Assembly: GCA_963848295.1 (NCBI GenBank)
Contig: CAWKDB010000010.1
Span: 1,856,001 to 1,920,000 of the forward strand
Reading direction: 5' to 3'
Length of the DNA: 64,000 bases
Source of the DNA: an uncultured delta proteobacterium
GTDB lineage: Bacteria > Myxococcota_A > Polyangia > Haliangiales > Haliangiaceae
Shown piece after piece: positions 13,403-31,744 of the stretch; within the stretch, counting starts at the first letter, position 1, and the number at the start of each line of letters is the position of its first letter. The notes under the pieces were generated by a model, which searched no databases, was not told where the DNA came from, and saw nothing but the letters and a program-made list of their open reading frames with translations. The position numbers and the translations under genes are program-made.

Positions 13403-13551
13403 GTTCCGGCCTTTCGTGTGCGCCACGGGCGCGAGCTCGGTTCGCCGGACCTGTTCGGCATGATGTCAGCGGTGCGCGGGACGCTGAACGTCCGGCGCAT
13501 CGATCTCGTCGAGCATGCGCTCGAAGGTCTCACGGCGCGTCCGCATCAAGC

Positions 13552-14019
13552 TCACGCGGGTCGCTTGCGCTTCTGATACGTAGCCACCAGCGTTGCTTCG
13601 GCCAGGATGTGACCAGCCATCGCGCGCTCGAGCTCGACCTTCGTCGGGCGTGCGAGCTCGAGGATGCGGTCGAGCGCGTAGAGCTTGAACACGTACCGGT
13701 GGCGACCGATCGGCGGACACGGACCGCCCCACGCCGCGCGTTTCCAGTCATTCAGACCGACGTGTCCGTTTGCGAGCTTTCCGATGCTCTCGTGGAGACC
13801 CTGACGGGTAGGTGGCAGATCGACGATCACCCAATGCACCCACGTCGTGGTCGGTGCTTCGGGATCGGGAGCATCTGGATCGTCGACGATCAGCGCCAGG
13901 CTGCGCGCCTGCGACGGCACGTCGATCCAATCCAGAGGTGGCGATACGTCGATGCCGTCGCAGGTGTACTTCGTCGGGATCTCGCCGCCGTCGCGAAACG
14001 CTGGAGACGTGAGCTTCAT
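13552..14019 (-). CDS. YbhB/YbcL Raf kinase inhibitor-like (PEBP) protein
   Basis: DDPDAP, WVHW, GPCPP, HRYVF. Confidence 0.95.
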   Translation of the reverse strand: MKLTSPAFRDGGEIPTKYTCDGIDVSPPLDWIDVPSQARSLALIVDDPDAPDPEAPTTTWVHWVIVDLPPTRQGLHESIGKLANGHVGLNDWKRAAWGGPCPPIGRHRYVFKLYALDRILELARPTKVELERAMAGHILAEATLVATYQKRKRPA

Positions 14020-14031
14020 GGCGCTTCCGGC

Positions 14032-14047
14032 TGCACGGGTCGGGCCA
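14032..14047 (-). promoter_or_regulatory. sigma54 promoter (YbhB)
   Basis: TGGCCCGACCCGTGCA; ATG 14019 at 14 nt. Confidence 0.8.
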
Positions 14048-14090
14048 GCGCATCGTCACGCAAGTTTGGCGCGGTCTTGATGAAACCATG

Positions 14091-16352
<2,262 letters not shown>

Positions 16353-17408
16353 TCAAGCAGCGGCTCCAGCCCCTGGCTGGGACAACGACAAGAAGCTATG
16401 CGGTTCGAGCGCGGTCGCGAGCATCACGTCGTTGATGTCCTCGTGAGCGCGGTACGCGTCCGAGCGTCGATGTACCGCATCGGTCCAGAACGACATGATC
16501 GCACGGCGCAGATCCGCATAGCGCGCGAGGTCGCGCGCGTTCATTTCGTCCGCCGCGGCGAGGCCGATCGCGAGCCCGAGCTCGCGGAATGCGAGCCGGT
16601 GGCTCGCCGACAGGCGCAGATCGGGCTGCACGACGTAGCGCTCGAGACCGATGCGCGCTCCGTTCACGAGGGCATCGCGAAGGTCGCGATCCCGATCGAG
16701 CTGTGCGAGGCGATAGGCATCGACGAGTAGACCGCCGATGCCCAAGGGATCGGCGGTCGCGAGCGCCGATCTATCGATCAGGGCCCGGAAGTCCGCACCG
16801 GCTCCTCGGAGGTCGGGTGCGCGAACCGCGAGGGCTTCGGCGGTCGCGTCGACCTCGAGACACGTGACGAAGCCATCGACGGGATCGTGCTGTCCCATCG
16901 ACGCGACCTGCGGTCGTGTCAGATCGACGCTCATCTTCCAGTGCATTCGCCGCCGGCCGCGCGCCTCGTAGACGAAGCGCCGGTGCGCGACGTCGGCGAG
17001 CTCGCACGCCCATGCCGCGAGCTTCGCGTTCCCGGTCATGCTCGCCGCACGAGCGAGTGCGTGCATCCACTTCGTGAGGTAGTGGAAATACTGGCCGTCG
17101 CGATCCCACTCGAGCCGGTCGTCGATCGGCTCGCCCGGGCCGCGCTCGGCGAGCGGCTTGCCGATGCGAAGGCCGCCGATGGTCGGATGCATCGCAGCTT
17201 CCGCGTCGGCGAGTCCGCTGATCCAGCCGCGGCGATCGCCGTCCGCACGATGGCGGCCGAGCTCGCGATGTACGAGATCGACGAGCCGGAGCGCGAGGTC
17301 GCTCCGCCCGAGACCGAGGAAGTTGCAGACCGCAAACGCGTCGGTCCAGAGATAGCGACGTTGCGACGCCGATCCCGTGAGCCCTGTTCGCTCGGCGAAG
17401 CTCGTCAT
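16353..17408 (-). CDS. Conserved hypothetical protein (RRYLWTDAFAV / DGQYFHYLTKW family); start uncertain (17408-17501)
   Basis: Recognisable conserved motifs, helical, function unknown. Confidence 0.75.
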   Translation of the reverse strand: MTSFAERTGLTGSASQRRYLWTDAFAVCNFLGLGRSDLALRLVDLVHRELGRHRADGDRRGWISGLADAEAAMHPTIGGLRIGKPLAERGPGEPIDDRLEWDRDGQYFHYLTKWMHALARAASMTGNAKLAAWACELADVAHRRFVYEARGRRRMHWKMSVDLTRPQVASMGQHDPVDGFVTCLEVDATAEALAVRAPDLRGAGADFRALIDRSALATADPLGIGGLLVDAYRLAQLDRDRDLRDALVNGARIGLERYVVQPDLRLSASHRLAFRELGLAIGLAAADEMNARDLARYADLRRAIMSFWTDAVHRRSDAYRAHEDINDVMLATALEPHSFLSLSQPGAGAAA

Positions 17409-17465
17409 CAGATCGATCGCGGTCACCACATCGCCAACATGGCTGCGAATCACGCCGATGCAACT

Positions 17466-17508
17466 CGCAGAATCTGCGTGGTCGGATTGCGGTCGCGCCA
17501 ACGTTGCG
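17466..17508. promoter_or_regulatory. Paired CGCA-N5-TGCG sites
   Basis: CGCAGAATCTGCG at 17466 and CGCCAACGTTGCG at 17496 (30 bp apart). Confidence 0.6.
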
Positions 17509-17541
17509 CGGGTGCCGGACTGGCGCCTGCTCCTTCGGGCA

Positions 17542-17557
17542 CGGCACGTCGCATGCT
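17542..17557 (+). promoter_or_regulatory. sigma54 promoter (PCM-Ere)
   Basis: CGGCACGTCGCATGCT; ATG 17570 at 14 nt. Confidence 0.85.
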
Positions 17558-17569
17558 CTTGGCTGCCGT

Positions 17570-21986
<4,417 letters not shown>

Positions 21987-22012
21987 CTGGTGCTCGCGTG
22001 CGCGACCGATCG

Positions 22013-22099
22013 CGCATTCCGCGCGGTCAAATGACCGGCGCCGCAAGCGCTGCGCGATCGGCCATCCGCTGCGGTCGCACGGCTGGCGATGTTCCTGCA
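22013..22099 (+). promoter_or_regulatory. Paired palindromes plus sigma54 promoter
   Basis: CGCATTCCGCGCG 22013, CGCAAGCGCTGCG 22042; TGGCGATGTTCCTGCA 22084-22099; ATG 22112 at 14 nt. Confidence 0.75.
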
Positions 22100-22111
22100 T
22101 CGAGTCGTTCC

Positions 22112-22810
22112 ATGTCGGAGCGCAAGTGCCTCACGTGTCCGCTCACCGCCCGGCTCACCCAGATCGATCTCGACCGGACGCGGCTCGGAATTGTGATCGA
22201 GGCCTGTGACCGCTTCGAGCCTCGCACCGCGATCGCGTGCAGCCGCGAGTGCGCGCGCCGGATGGATCGGCGCGAGCGAGCCGAGGGCGGCGGTCCCCGA
22301 GAACGAGTCCTTGTCGTCTTTTCGGGCCGCGACGGCCGGAGCGAGGTGGTCGCGCGTGTCCTATCGGAGACCTTCGTTGGCGACGGTTTCGACGTCGAGC
22401 TCGGGAACGCCGACACGGGTGCGGCGCCTCCTGCCGATTACGACGCGATCGTCATCGGCTTGGCGCTCCGTTTCGGCGTCCGCGCGCCGAACGCCATCGA
22501 CTACATCATGCGTCATCGCGACGTCCTCGGAACGATGCCCGCATTCGTGTTCTTCGTCGCGCACGACCTCGTCGCGCGCGGTACAGACGAGTACCTCCGC
22601 AGGTTGACCCGGCGCACGCGCTGGCAACCTACCGACGCGGCGACGTTCACGCCCCCGCACGTCGAGCACGGTGCGCTCTGGGGCTGGCTAGCGTGGTTTC
22701 GCGATCACTCGAGAGCAGCATCCACGCGGGTGCTGGTCGATTGGTCGCTGCCGGTCCGGGCTTGGGCGCTGCAGATCGCGGACGCCGTTCCGACCAGCGC
22801 CGGCGCATGA
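22112..22810 (+). CDS. Flavodoxin-like (HemG-type) domain with Cys-rich N-terminal extension
   Basis: RVLVVFSGRDGRSEVVA ... DYDAIVIG; N-terminal CxxC...C...CxxxC. Confidence 0.65.
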   Translation: MSERKCLTCPLTARLTQIDLDRTRLGIVIEACDRFEPRTAIACSRECARRMDRRERAEGGGPRERVLVVFSGRDGRSEVVARVLSETFVGDGFDVELGNADTGAAPPADYDAIVIGLALRFGVRAPNAIDYIMRHRDVLGTMPAFVFFVAHDLVARGTDEYLRRLTRRTRWQPTDAATFTPPHVEHGALWGWLAWFRDHSRAASTRVLVDWSLPVRAWALQIADAVPTSAGA

Positions 22811-23738
22811 GCCGCGGCGCGAGTTCGCCCGGACGACTCCTCCGGATCCAACCGATCGCGGTCGAATAGTCGACTTCGGGGCTCTCGGACTCGTGAATCG
22901 ACGTCCACAGCCACACGACGGTCCACCGAGCACTGGCCGTGCCGGGAACTCTCCGGTATCCGCGGACGCGAGCGCGAGTGCGGGGACTACTACGACGTAG
23001 TACCGGCGGCGCCGACCGAGAGCCGGGTAGCGTGAGGTGATCCGCAGGGGCTCGATGAGGGAACCGGATCGCTCGAACATCCGCCACGCGGCGCGCATCG
23101 TCACCGCAACGGAAGCGCGCGAGTGGGTCGCCGAGGGCGCGCAACGTCTTGCCGTCCCAGCGAGCGCATCCGTGCGAAGGGATGCCGTACACCTCGGCCT
23201 CGTCACCGGATCGGCGCGCCAGCTCGGCGAGCTCGCTCCAGCCGTCGGCCTCGCCGTGGGTGTCGAACGACGCCGGCACGACGCCGAGGCACGCGAACAC
23301 CTCGGGCTCGCGACGCGCCGGAAACCGGATCCAGTGCCGACCGAGCAAGATCGCGCCGGCCGAGATGCCTTCCATCGGTTTGCCAGCCAGGGCGAGCTCG
23401 CGAACATAGGGCGCCAGGTCGCGGTCGTCGATCAACGCCATGCCGCGCTCGACATCACCGCCGGTGAAGAACACGAGGTCCGCGTCGGCGAGCTGGGTGC
23501 GGATCGCGCTCGTGGTCCGACTCCGCTTCGAGAGCTCGATCGGGACGATCCTCACGCGCGTGCCGAATACGAGCCGTTCGATCCGCACCGCGAAGCTTGG
23601 ATCGTCGTTCGCCGCGGCCCCGACGAACGCGATCATAGGCCGCGCAACGCCGATCGCGGCGATACATTCGCGGTGATAACGAACGGACTGCCGTGAAGTC
23701 TCGGGACCAGCCCCTGCGATCAGATATGCACTCGACAC
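22647..23738 (-). CDS. Peptidase S51 (dipeptidase E/cyanophycinase-like); last ~130 aa look like read-through
   Basis: ADLVFFTGGD, GISAGA nucleophile elbow, FDTH; homology appears to end near 23100. Confidence 0.65.
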   Translation of the reverse strand: MSSAYLIAGAGPETSRQSVRYHRECIAAIGVARPMIAFVGAAANDDPSFAVRIERLVFGTRVRIVPIELSKRSRTTSAIRTQLADADLVFFTGGDVERGMALIDDRDLAPYVRELALAGKPMEGISAGAILLGRHWIRFPARREPEVFACLGVVPASFDTHGEADGWSELAELARRSGDEAEVYGIPSHGCARWDGKTLRALGDPLARFRCGDDARRVADVRAIRFPHRAPADHLTLPGSRSAPPVLRRSSPRTRARVRGYRRVPGTASARWTVVWLWTSIHESESPEVDYSTAIGWIRRSRPGELAPRLMRRRWSERRPRSAAPKPGPAATNRPAPAWMLLSSDRETTLASPRAHRARRAGA

Positions 23739-25021
23739 CGCCCGCCAGCGTAGCATTCGCGAACGATCCGGCGCGCAGCCTCGCCGAGCTCGAGCGCGGC
23801 CTCCGCGAGGTCCAGGCATACGCCGCATGGCGTGCGTTCGATCCCGGACGCGCCACGGCGATCGACGAACGCTACGCGGCCTTGCCGACGACGACCAAGG
23901 AGCTGACGATCGCGCACGCGCCGCGCGGGTTCGTCCCGCAGTCTGCCGATCTCGATGCCGCGCTCGCGGCCCGTGATGCCGAGCTCGTGCGGACGAGCGG
24001 AACCACCGGGCCACCGGTAACGCTGGTCTGGAGTCAGGCATGGTGGGACGAGTCGGAGCGTCTGAGCTCCGCGCTGAACGCGTACATCGCCGCGGTCGCG
24101 GCCGGCGATCGCGAGGCCGTGCTCGCATCGGCTCGTTGCGTCGGCCCGGGACAGCGCGACCGCCCGCGTTCGGTAGCCGAGCGCACGCTCGGGCGCCTGC
24201 TGTTTCCCAACGAGCACGCCGATGTCGCGCGCTGGACCGACGAGGACGTGCGTCGGATGGCAGGCGAGCTCGTCGACTTCGAGCCCGCGCTGCTCGAAGC
24301 CGAGCCAGCCTACCTCGCGGCGTTCTGTGCGCGCGCCGAGCGGCTCGCGATTCGCTTGCCACGCCCGCGTGTGGTCACGCTCAGCTACACGAACCCGTCA
24401 CGGGTTGAACGCGTGCGGATCGCGCGCGTGTTCGGCGCACCGATCGCGAGCTCGTACGGATCGACCGAGACCGGCACGGTGCTCGTCGAGTGCGAGCGCG
24501 GTCGCATGCACCACAACGCCGCGTCGTGTCGAATCGATTTCGTGCCGCTGCGCGATTCGCCCGCGATCGGGAAGCTGCTGGTGACGCCGTTCGGTCATCC
24601 GTTCGCATGCTTTTTGCGGTTCGACGTCGGTGACCTCGCGCGTCTCGCGACCGAGCCGTGCCCGTGCGGGCGCCCAGGCGGCGCGATCGAACGCATCGAG
24701 GGTCGCGTTCAAGAAGCCACAGTCGCGAGCGATGGGCGGATCATCACGGTCGCCGCGCTCGACGATGTTGTCGCGAGCGTGCCGACCTGCGAGCGCATCA
24801 TCTCGTACCAGCTCGAGCAGCGCGCCGAGGGCGTACGCCTGCACGCGACTGCGACAGCCGCGTTCGATGTCGCGCAGCTGGCCGACACTCTCGGCGCACT
24901 CTACGGACGGTTGCCGATCGCGGTCGAGCGAGTTGCCTCGCTGGAGCCCGAGCCATCCGGCAAGTACGCGCGCGTTCGGCAGCGGATCGTGCTCGAGCAG
25001 GCGACCTGGTTCGCGAGCTGA
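23726..25021 (+). CDS. Phenylacetate-CoA ligase/CapK-like adenylate-forming protein (start uncertain)
   Basis: TSGTTG, YGSTE, RFDVGD, CPCGR, IEGR, SGK. Confidence 0.8.
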   Translation: MHSTPPASVAFANDPARSLAELERGLREVQAYAAWRAFDPGRATAIDERYAALPTTTKELTIAHAPRGFVPQSADLDAALAARDAELVRTSGTTGPPVTLVWSQAWWDESERLSSALNAYIAAVAAGDREAVLASARCVGPGQRDRPRSVAERTLGRLLFPNEHADVARWTDEDVRRMAGELVDFEPALLEAEPAYLAAFCARAERLAIRLPRPRVVTLSYTNPSRVERVRIARVFGAPIASSYGSTETGTVLVECERGRMHHNAASCRIDFVPLRDSPAIGKLLVTPFGHPFACFLRFDVGDLARLATEPCPCGRPGGAIERIEGRVQEATVASDGRIITVAALDDVVASVPTCERIISYQLEQRAEGVRLHATATAAFDVAQLADTLGALYGRLPIAVERVASLEPEPSGKYARVRQRIVLEQATWFAS

Positions 25022-25053
25022 ATTTCTCATCCGACGCTCGAACGGCGATCGAG

Positions 25054-25141
25054 CGCAGGGTTTGCGCCGGTCGCGCGCTGCACCGCAAGGTCCGCGCGCA
25101 TCTCGAGCGAACGGGGGCGACATCATGGAATGCGCCATGCA
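25054..25141 (+). promoter_or_regulatory. Paired palindromes plus sigma54 promoter (BON-pfk)
   Basis: CGCAGGGTTTGCG 25054, CGCAAGGTCCGCG 25084; TGGAATGCGCCATGCA 25126-25141; ATG 25155 at 15 nt. Confidence 0.75.
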
Positions 25142-25154
25142 ACCTGCCTCCGTC

Positions 25155-25814
25155 ATGAAGCCAGACTCCGACCTTCAGAAGACGGTGATGCAGGCTCTCG
25201 CTCTCGATCCCCACGTCGACGAGTCGGCGATCGGGGTCTCGGTGCGGCACGGAATCGTCACGCTCGATGGGATCGTCCCCACGTATGCCGAACGCGACGC
25301 GGCGGCTTCAGTCGCTCATCACGTGCTCAGCGTCCAGGACGTTGCCAACGAGATCAGCGTGCGGCCCGGCTGGCACACGACACCGAGCGACTCGGAGGTC
25401 GCCGAAGCGGTCAGGAACGCGCTCGCGGAGACATCGACGGTCCCGCACGAACGGATCCAGACCACGGTGAGCGGCCGCGGCCACGTCATCTTGAGCGGCA
25501 TGGTGTCGACGCTCCAGCAGCGCGACGATGCGGAGGCGGCTGTCCGCGCGTTGTATGGCGTCGAGATCGTCACCAACTTGCTCGAGATCGCGGCACCGGC
25601 GACCTCGACGTCCGTCTTACGCGATGCGGTCGAACATGCGCTCGAACGTCACATCGAACGGGACGCCGGTCGGGTCGGCATCGAGGTTCGAGGCGAGACC
25701 ATCGTCGTGACGGGCTCCGTGGAGTCATCCGCACAACGTCGGGCCGTCGTCGGAGCCATCAAGGGCACCGCCGGCGTCAAGCGCGTCGACGATCGACTGC
25801 GCGTGGCGAGCTGA
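25155..25814 (+). CDS. Triple BON-domain protein, no signal peptide
   Basis: Three repeats of I.V.V..G.V.L.G.V ... GV..V.N.L.V. Confidence 0.9.
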   Translation: MKPDSDLQKTVMQALALDPHVDESAIGVSVRHGIVTLDGIVPTYAERDAAASVAHHVLSVQDVANEISVRPGWHTTPSDSEVAEAVRNALAETSTVPHERIQTTVSGRGHVILSGMVSTLQQRDDAEAAVRALYGVEIVTNLLEIAAPATSTSVLRDAVEHALERHIERDAGRVGIEVRGETIVVTGSVESSAQRRAVVGAIKGTAGVKRVDDRLRVAS

Positions 25815-25820
25815 GGTCCC

Positions 25821-27095
25821 GTGGCGAGGACCTACGTTGCACCCCAAGTGCTTGTCCCGCGATTTCCGTCTCCCTTGTCAGGTCCGTTCGTGGCCGACGA
25901 CGCGCGCACGCTGGCCGCGATCGAATCGCACTCGGGCCTGTCGGTCGACCTCGACGCGGCGTTCGAGAAGGCCGGCGCGCGTCCCACCATCGCCTTCGAC
26001 CCACGCAGCACTCGCGCAGCGATCGTCACCGCGGGAGGTCTGTGCCCCGGGACGAACAACGTCATCCGCGCGATCGTCCTCGAGCTTCACCATCGCTACG
26101 GGATCCGCGACGTCTTGGGATTTCGTTACGGCTTCGAAGGCATGGCCGCCGCGAACGACCTCCCGCCGCTCCCCCTGTCCTTGCAGCAAGTTCGCCACGT
26201 CCATCGGCTCGGCGGCACGATGCTCGGCACGTCGCGAGTGCGACAAACTGCGACCACGATGGTGGACGCGCTGCAGCGGGATCGGATCGATGTCCTGTTC
26301 GCGATCGGGGGCAACGGGACCTTGCACGCGGCCGCCGAGATCGTCGGCGAGATCGACCGCCGCCGAATCCCGGTCGCCGTCGTCGCCATCCCCAAGACGA
26401 TCGACGATGACATCGCGTACGTCGACAAGACGTTTGGCTTCGAGACCGCCGTCGAACATGCGCGTGCCGCGATCGACGCCGCGCACGCCGAAGCCCTCGC
26501 AGCGCGGAACGGAGTCGGCATCGTCAAGCTGATGGGCCGCGATGCCGGGTTCGTGGCCGCGCATGCCACGATCGCGAGCGCCGAGGCAAACTTCTGCTTG
26601 TTACCCGAGTATTCCTTCGCTCTCGGCGGAGCTGGCGGACTGCTCGCCTCACTCGAGCGACGTCTCGCGGCGCGAGGCCACGCGGTCATCGTCATTGCGG
26701 AGGGCTGCGGGAAGAGTCTCGCGACCCCGGACGCCGAACGCGATGCGTCCGGCAATCTTCGTTACGCGAGTGCTGCGCTCGATATCGGTCCTCATCTCTG
26801 CGAGGCGGTGAAGCACCACTTCGCGGCCATCGCTGTACCGATCGCCCTCAAGTACATCGACCCGAGCTACACGATCCGCGCGGCGCCGGCCAACGCCTCC
26901 GATGCGTTCTACTGTGCGGAGCTCGGCCGCTATGCCGTGCACGCCGTGCTGGCCGGCCGAACCGGCGTGCTCGTCGGGCGTTGTCACGGGGTCTACGCGC
27001 ACGTTCCGATCGCGCTTGCGATCCAACAGGCGCCGCGCGTCGATGACGAGCTCTGGCAAGCCGTGCGCGAGGTGACCGGTCAGCCGCCGCTCTGA
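25821..27095 (+). CDS. pfkA: 6-phosphofructokinase (group X, ATP-dependent type)
   Basis: GGLCPG, GGNGT, PKTIDDD, LMGR, KYIDPSY. Confidence 0.92.
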   Translation: MARTYVAPQVLVPRFPSPLSGPFVADDARTLAAIESHSGLSVDLDAAFEKAGARPTIAFDPRSTRAAIVTAGGLCPGTNNVIRAIVLELHHRYGIRDVLGFRYGFEGMAAANDLPPLPLSLQQVRHVHRLGGTMLGTSRVRQTATTMVDALQRDRIDVLFAIGGNGTLHAAAEIVGEIDRRRIPVAVVAIPKTIDDDIAYVDKTFGFETAVEHARAAIDAAHAEALAARNGVGIVKLMGRDAGFVAAHATIASAEANFCLLPEYSFALGGAGGLLASLERRLAARGHAVIVIAEGCGKSLATPDAERDASGNLRYASAALDIGPHLCEAVKHHFAAIAVPIALKYIDPSYTIRAAPANASDAFYCAELGRYAVHAVLAGRTGVLVGRCHGVYAHVPIALAIQQAPRVDDELWQAVREVTGQPPL

Positions 27096-28093
27096 CTCGC
27101 CTGGTGTCGCCAGCTCTGGAGGATGCGCATGTAGTTACCGCGCTCGAGCGCGGCCGGGTCCGGGCAGCGGACGAGGTTCATGCAGCCTTGCGCCTCGCGC
27201 AGCGATCGGTACTCGTGCTCCTCGAGCCAGGTCGCGAGTCCGTCGCGAACCGCGGACAGGTGCGAGGGACCGTGCTTGAGCAGCGCGGACACCATTTGAA
27301 CGGCGTCCGCGCCCGCCATCACCGCCTTCACGGCATCGATCGGCGTGTGGACTCCGCCCGATGCCGCCAGCGACGCGTCGATCCGCCCGGACAAGATCGC
27401 GAGCCAGTGGAGCCTGAGCAGGAGCTCCGAGGAGTCCGACAGGTGGAGCACGGGCGCGTACTCGAGCGTCTCGGGATCGACGTCCGGTTGATAGAACCGA
27501 TTGAACATCACGAGCCCGCGCGCTCCCGCGTGCACGATCTCCCGCGCCAGATGCGCCAGCGAGCTGTAGAACGGAGACAGTTTCACCGCGATCGGGATCT
27601 CGACCGCGGTCGTCGCGGCGCGGACGGTCTCGAGCAACCGGCGCTCGACGGATTCGCCCGTCCGATCTGGATCGATCGCCACCTCGTAGACGTTTAGCTC
27701 GAGCGCGTCGGCTCCAGCTTGCTCGATGAGGCCGGCGTAGCGCAGCCAGCCCGATGGCGTCGTCCCATTGAGCGACGCGATCACCGGGACATCGACCGCG
27801 GCCTTGATCGCGCGGATGCGCTCGAGGTAGGCGTCCGGCCCCAAGGCGAACTCCGACCGGGCCGGAAAGTACGTCGTCGCCTCTCCGAAACTCTCGGCGA
27901 CCGCGTCGTGGTGTCCGAACGTCGCCTGGCGCTCAGCGTCGATCTGTTCCTCGAACAGCGAGTGCAGGACGATCGCGGCGGCGCCCGCGTCCTCGAGACG
28001 CCGCACCATGTCGAGGTCATCGACCAGCGGAGAAGCTCCAGCCATAAGTGGATGGGAGAGCTCGAAACCGAGGTAGGTGGTCGAGAGATCCAT
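27080..28093 (-). CDS. Dihydroorotate dehydrogenase-like FMN protein
   Basis: SLFEEQI, ALELN, VKLSP, FNRFYQPD, SGGVH. Confidence 0.9.
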   Translation of the reverse strand: MDLSTTYLGFELSHPLMAGASPLVDDLDMVRRLEDAGAAAIVLHSLFEEQIDAERQATFGHHDAVAESFGEATTYFPARSEFALGPDAYLERIRAIKAAVDVPVIASLNGTTPSGWLRYAGLIEQAGADALELNVYEVAIDPDRTGESVERRLLETVRAATTAVEIPIAVKLSPFYSSLAHLAREIVHAGARGLVMFNRFYQPDVDPETLEYAPVLHLSDSSELLLRLHWLAILSGRIDASLAASGGVHTPIDAVKAVMAGADAVQMVSALLKHGPSHLSAVRDGLATWLEEHEYRSLREAQGCMNLVRCPDPAALERGNYMRILQSWRHQASQSGG

Positions 28094-28099
28094 GCTCGC

Positions 28100-31717
<3,618 letters not shown>

Positions 31718-31744
31718 CGACCGGTGCCTCGGCGCGCCATGGCG

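Noticed and set aside
13427..13546. Short ORF in frame with the DUF6629-like gene, separated by one TGA (possible read-through)
   Set aside because: The downstream gene has its own family-typical MC start and an SD-like AAAGG; no evidence for recoding
22976..23010. ECGDYYDVVP resembling the SpoIIE/PP2C GGDYYD motif
   Set aside because: Too short, with no supporting flanking similarity
23703..23718. GG-N10-GC upstream of the PaaK-like gene
   Set aside because: Poor consensus, lies inside the S51 coding region, and no start codon at the 14-15 nt position
26300..26415. PFK motif variants GGNGT and PKTIDDD
   Set aside because: Both catalytic Asp positions are retained; not enough to claim altered function
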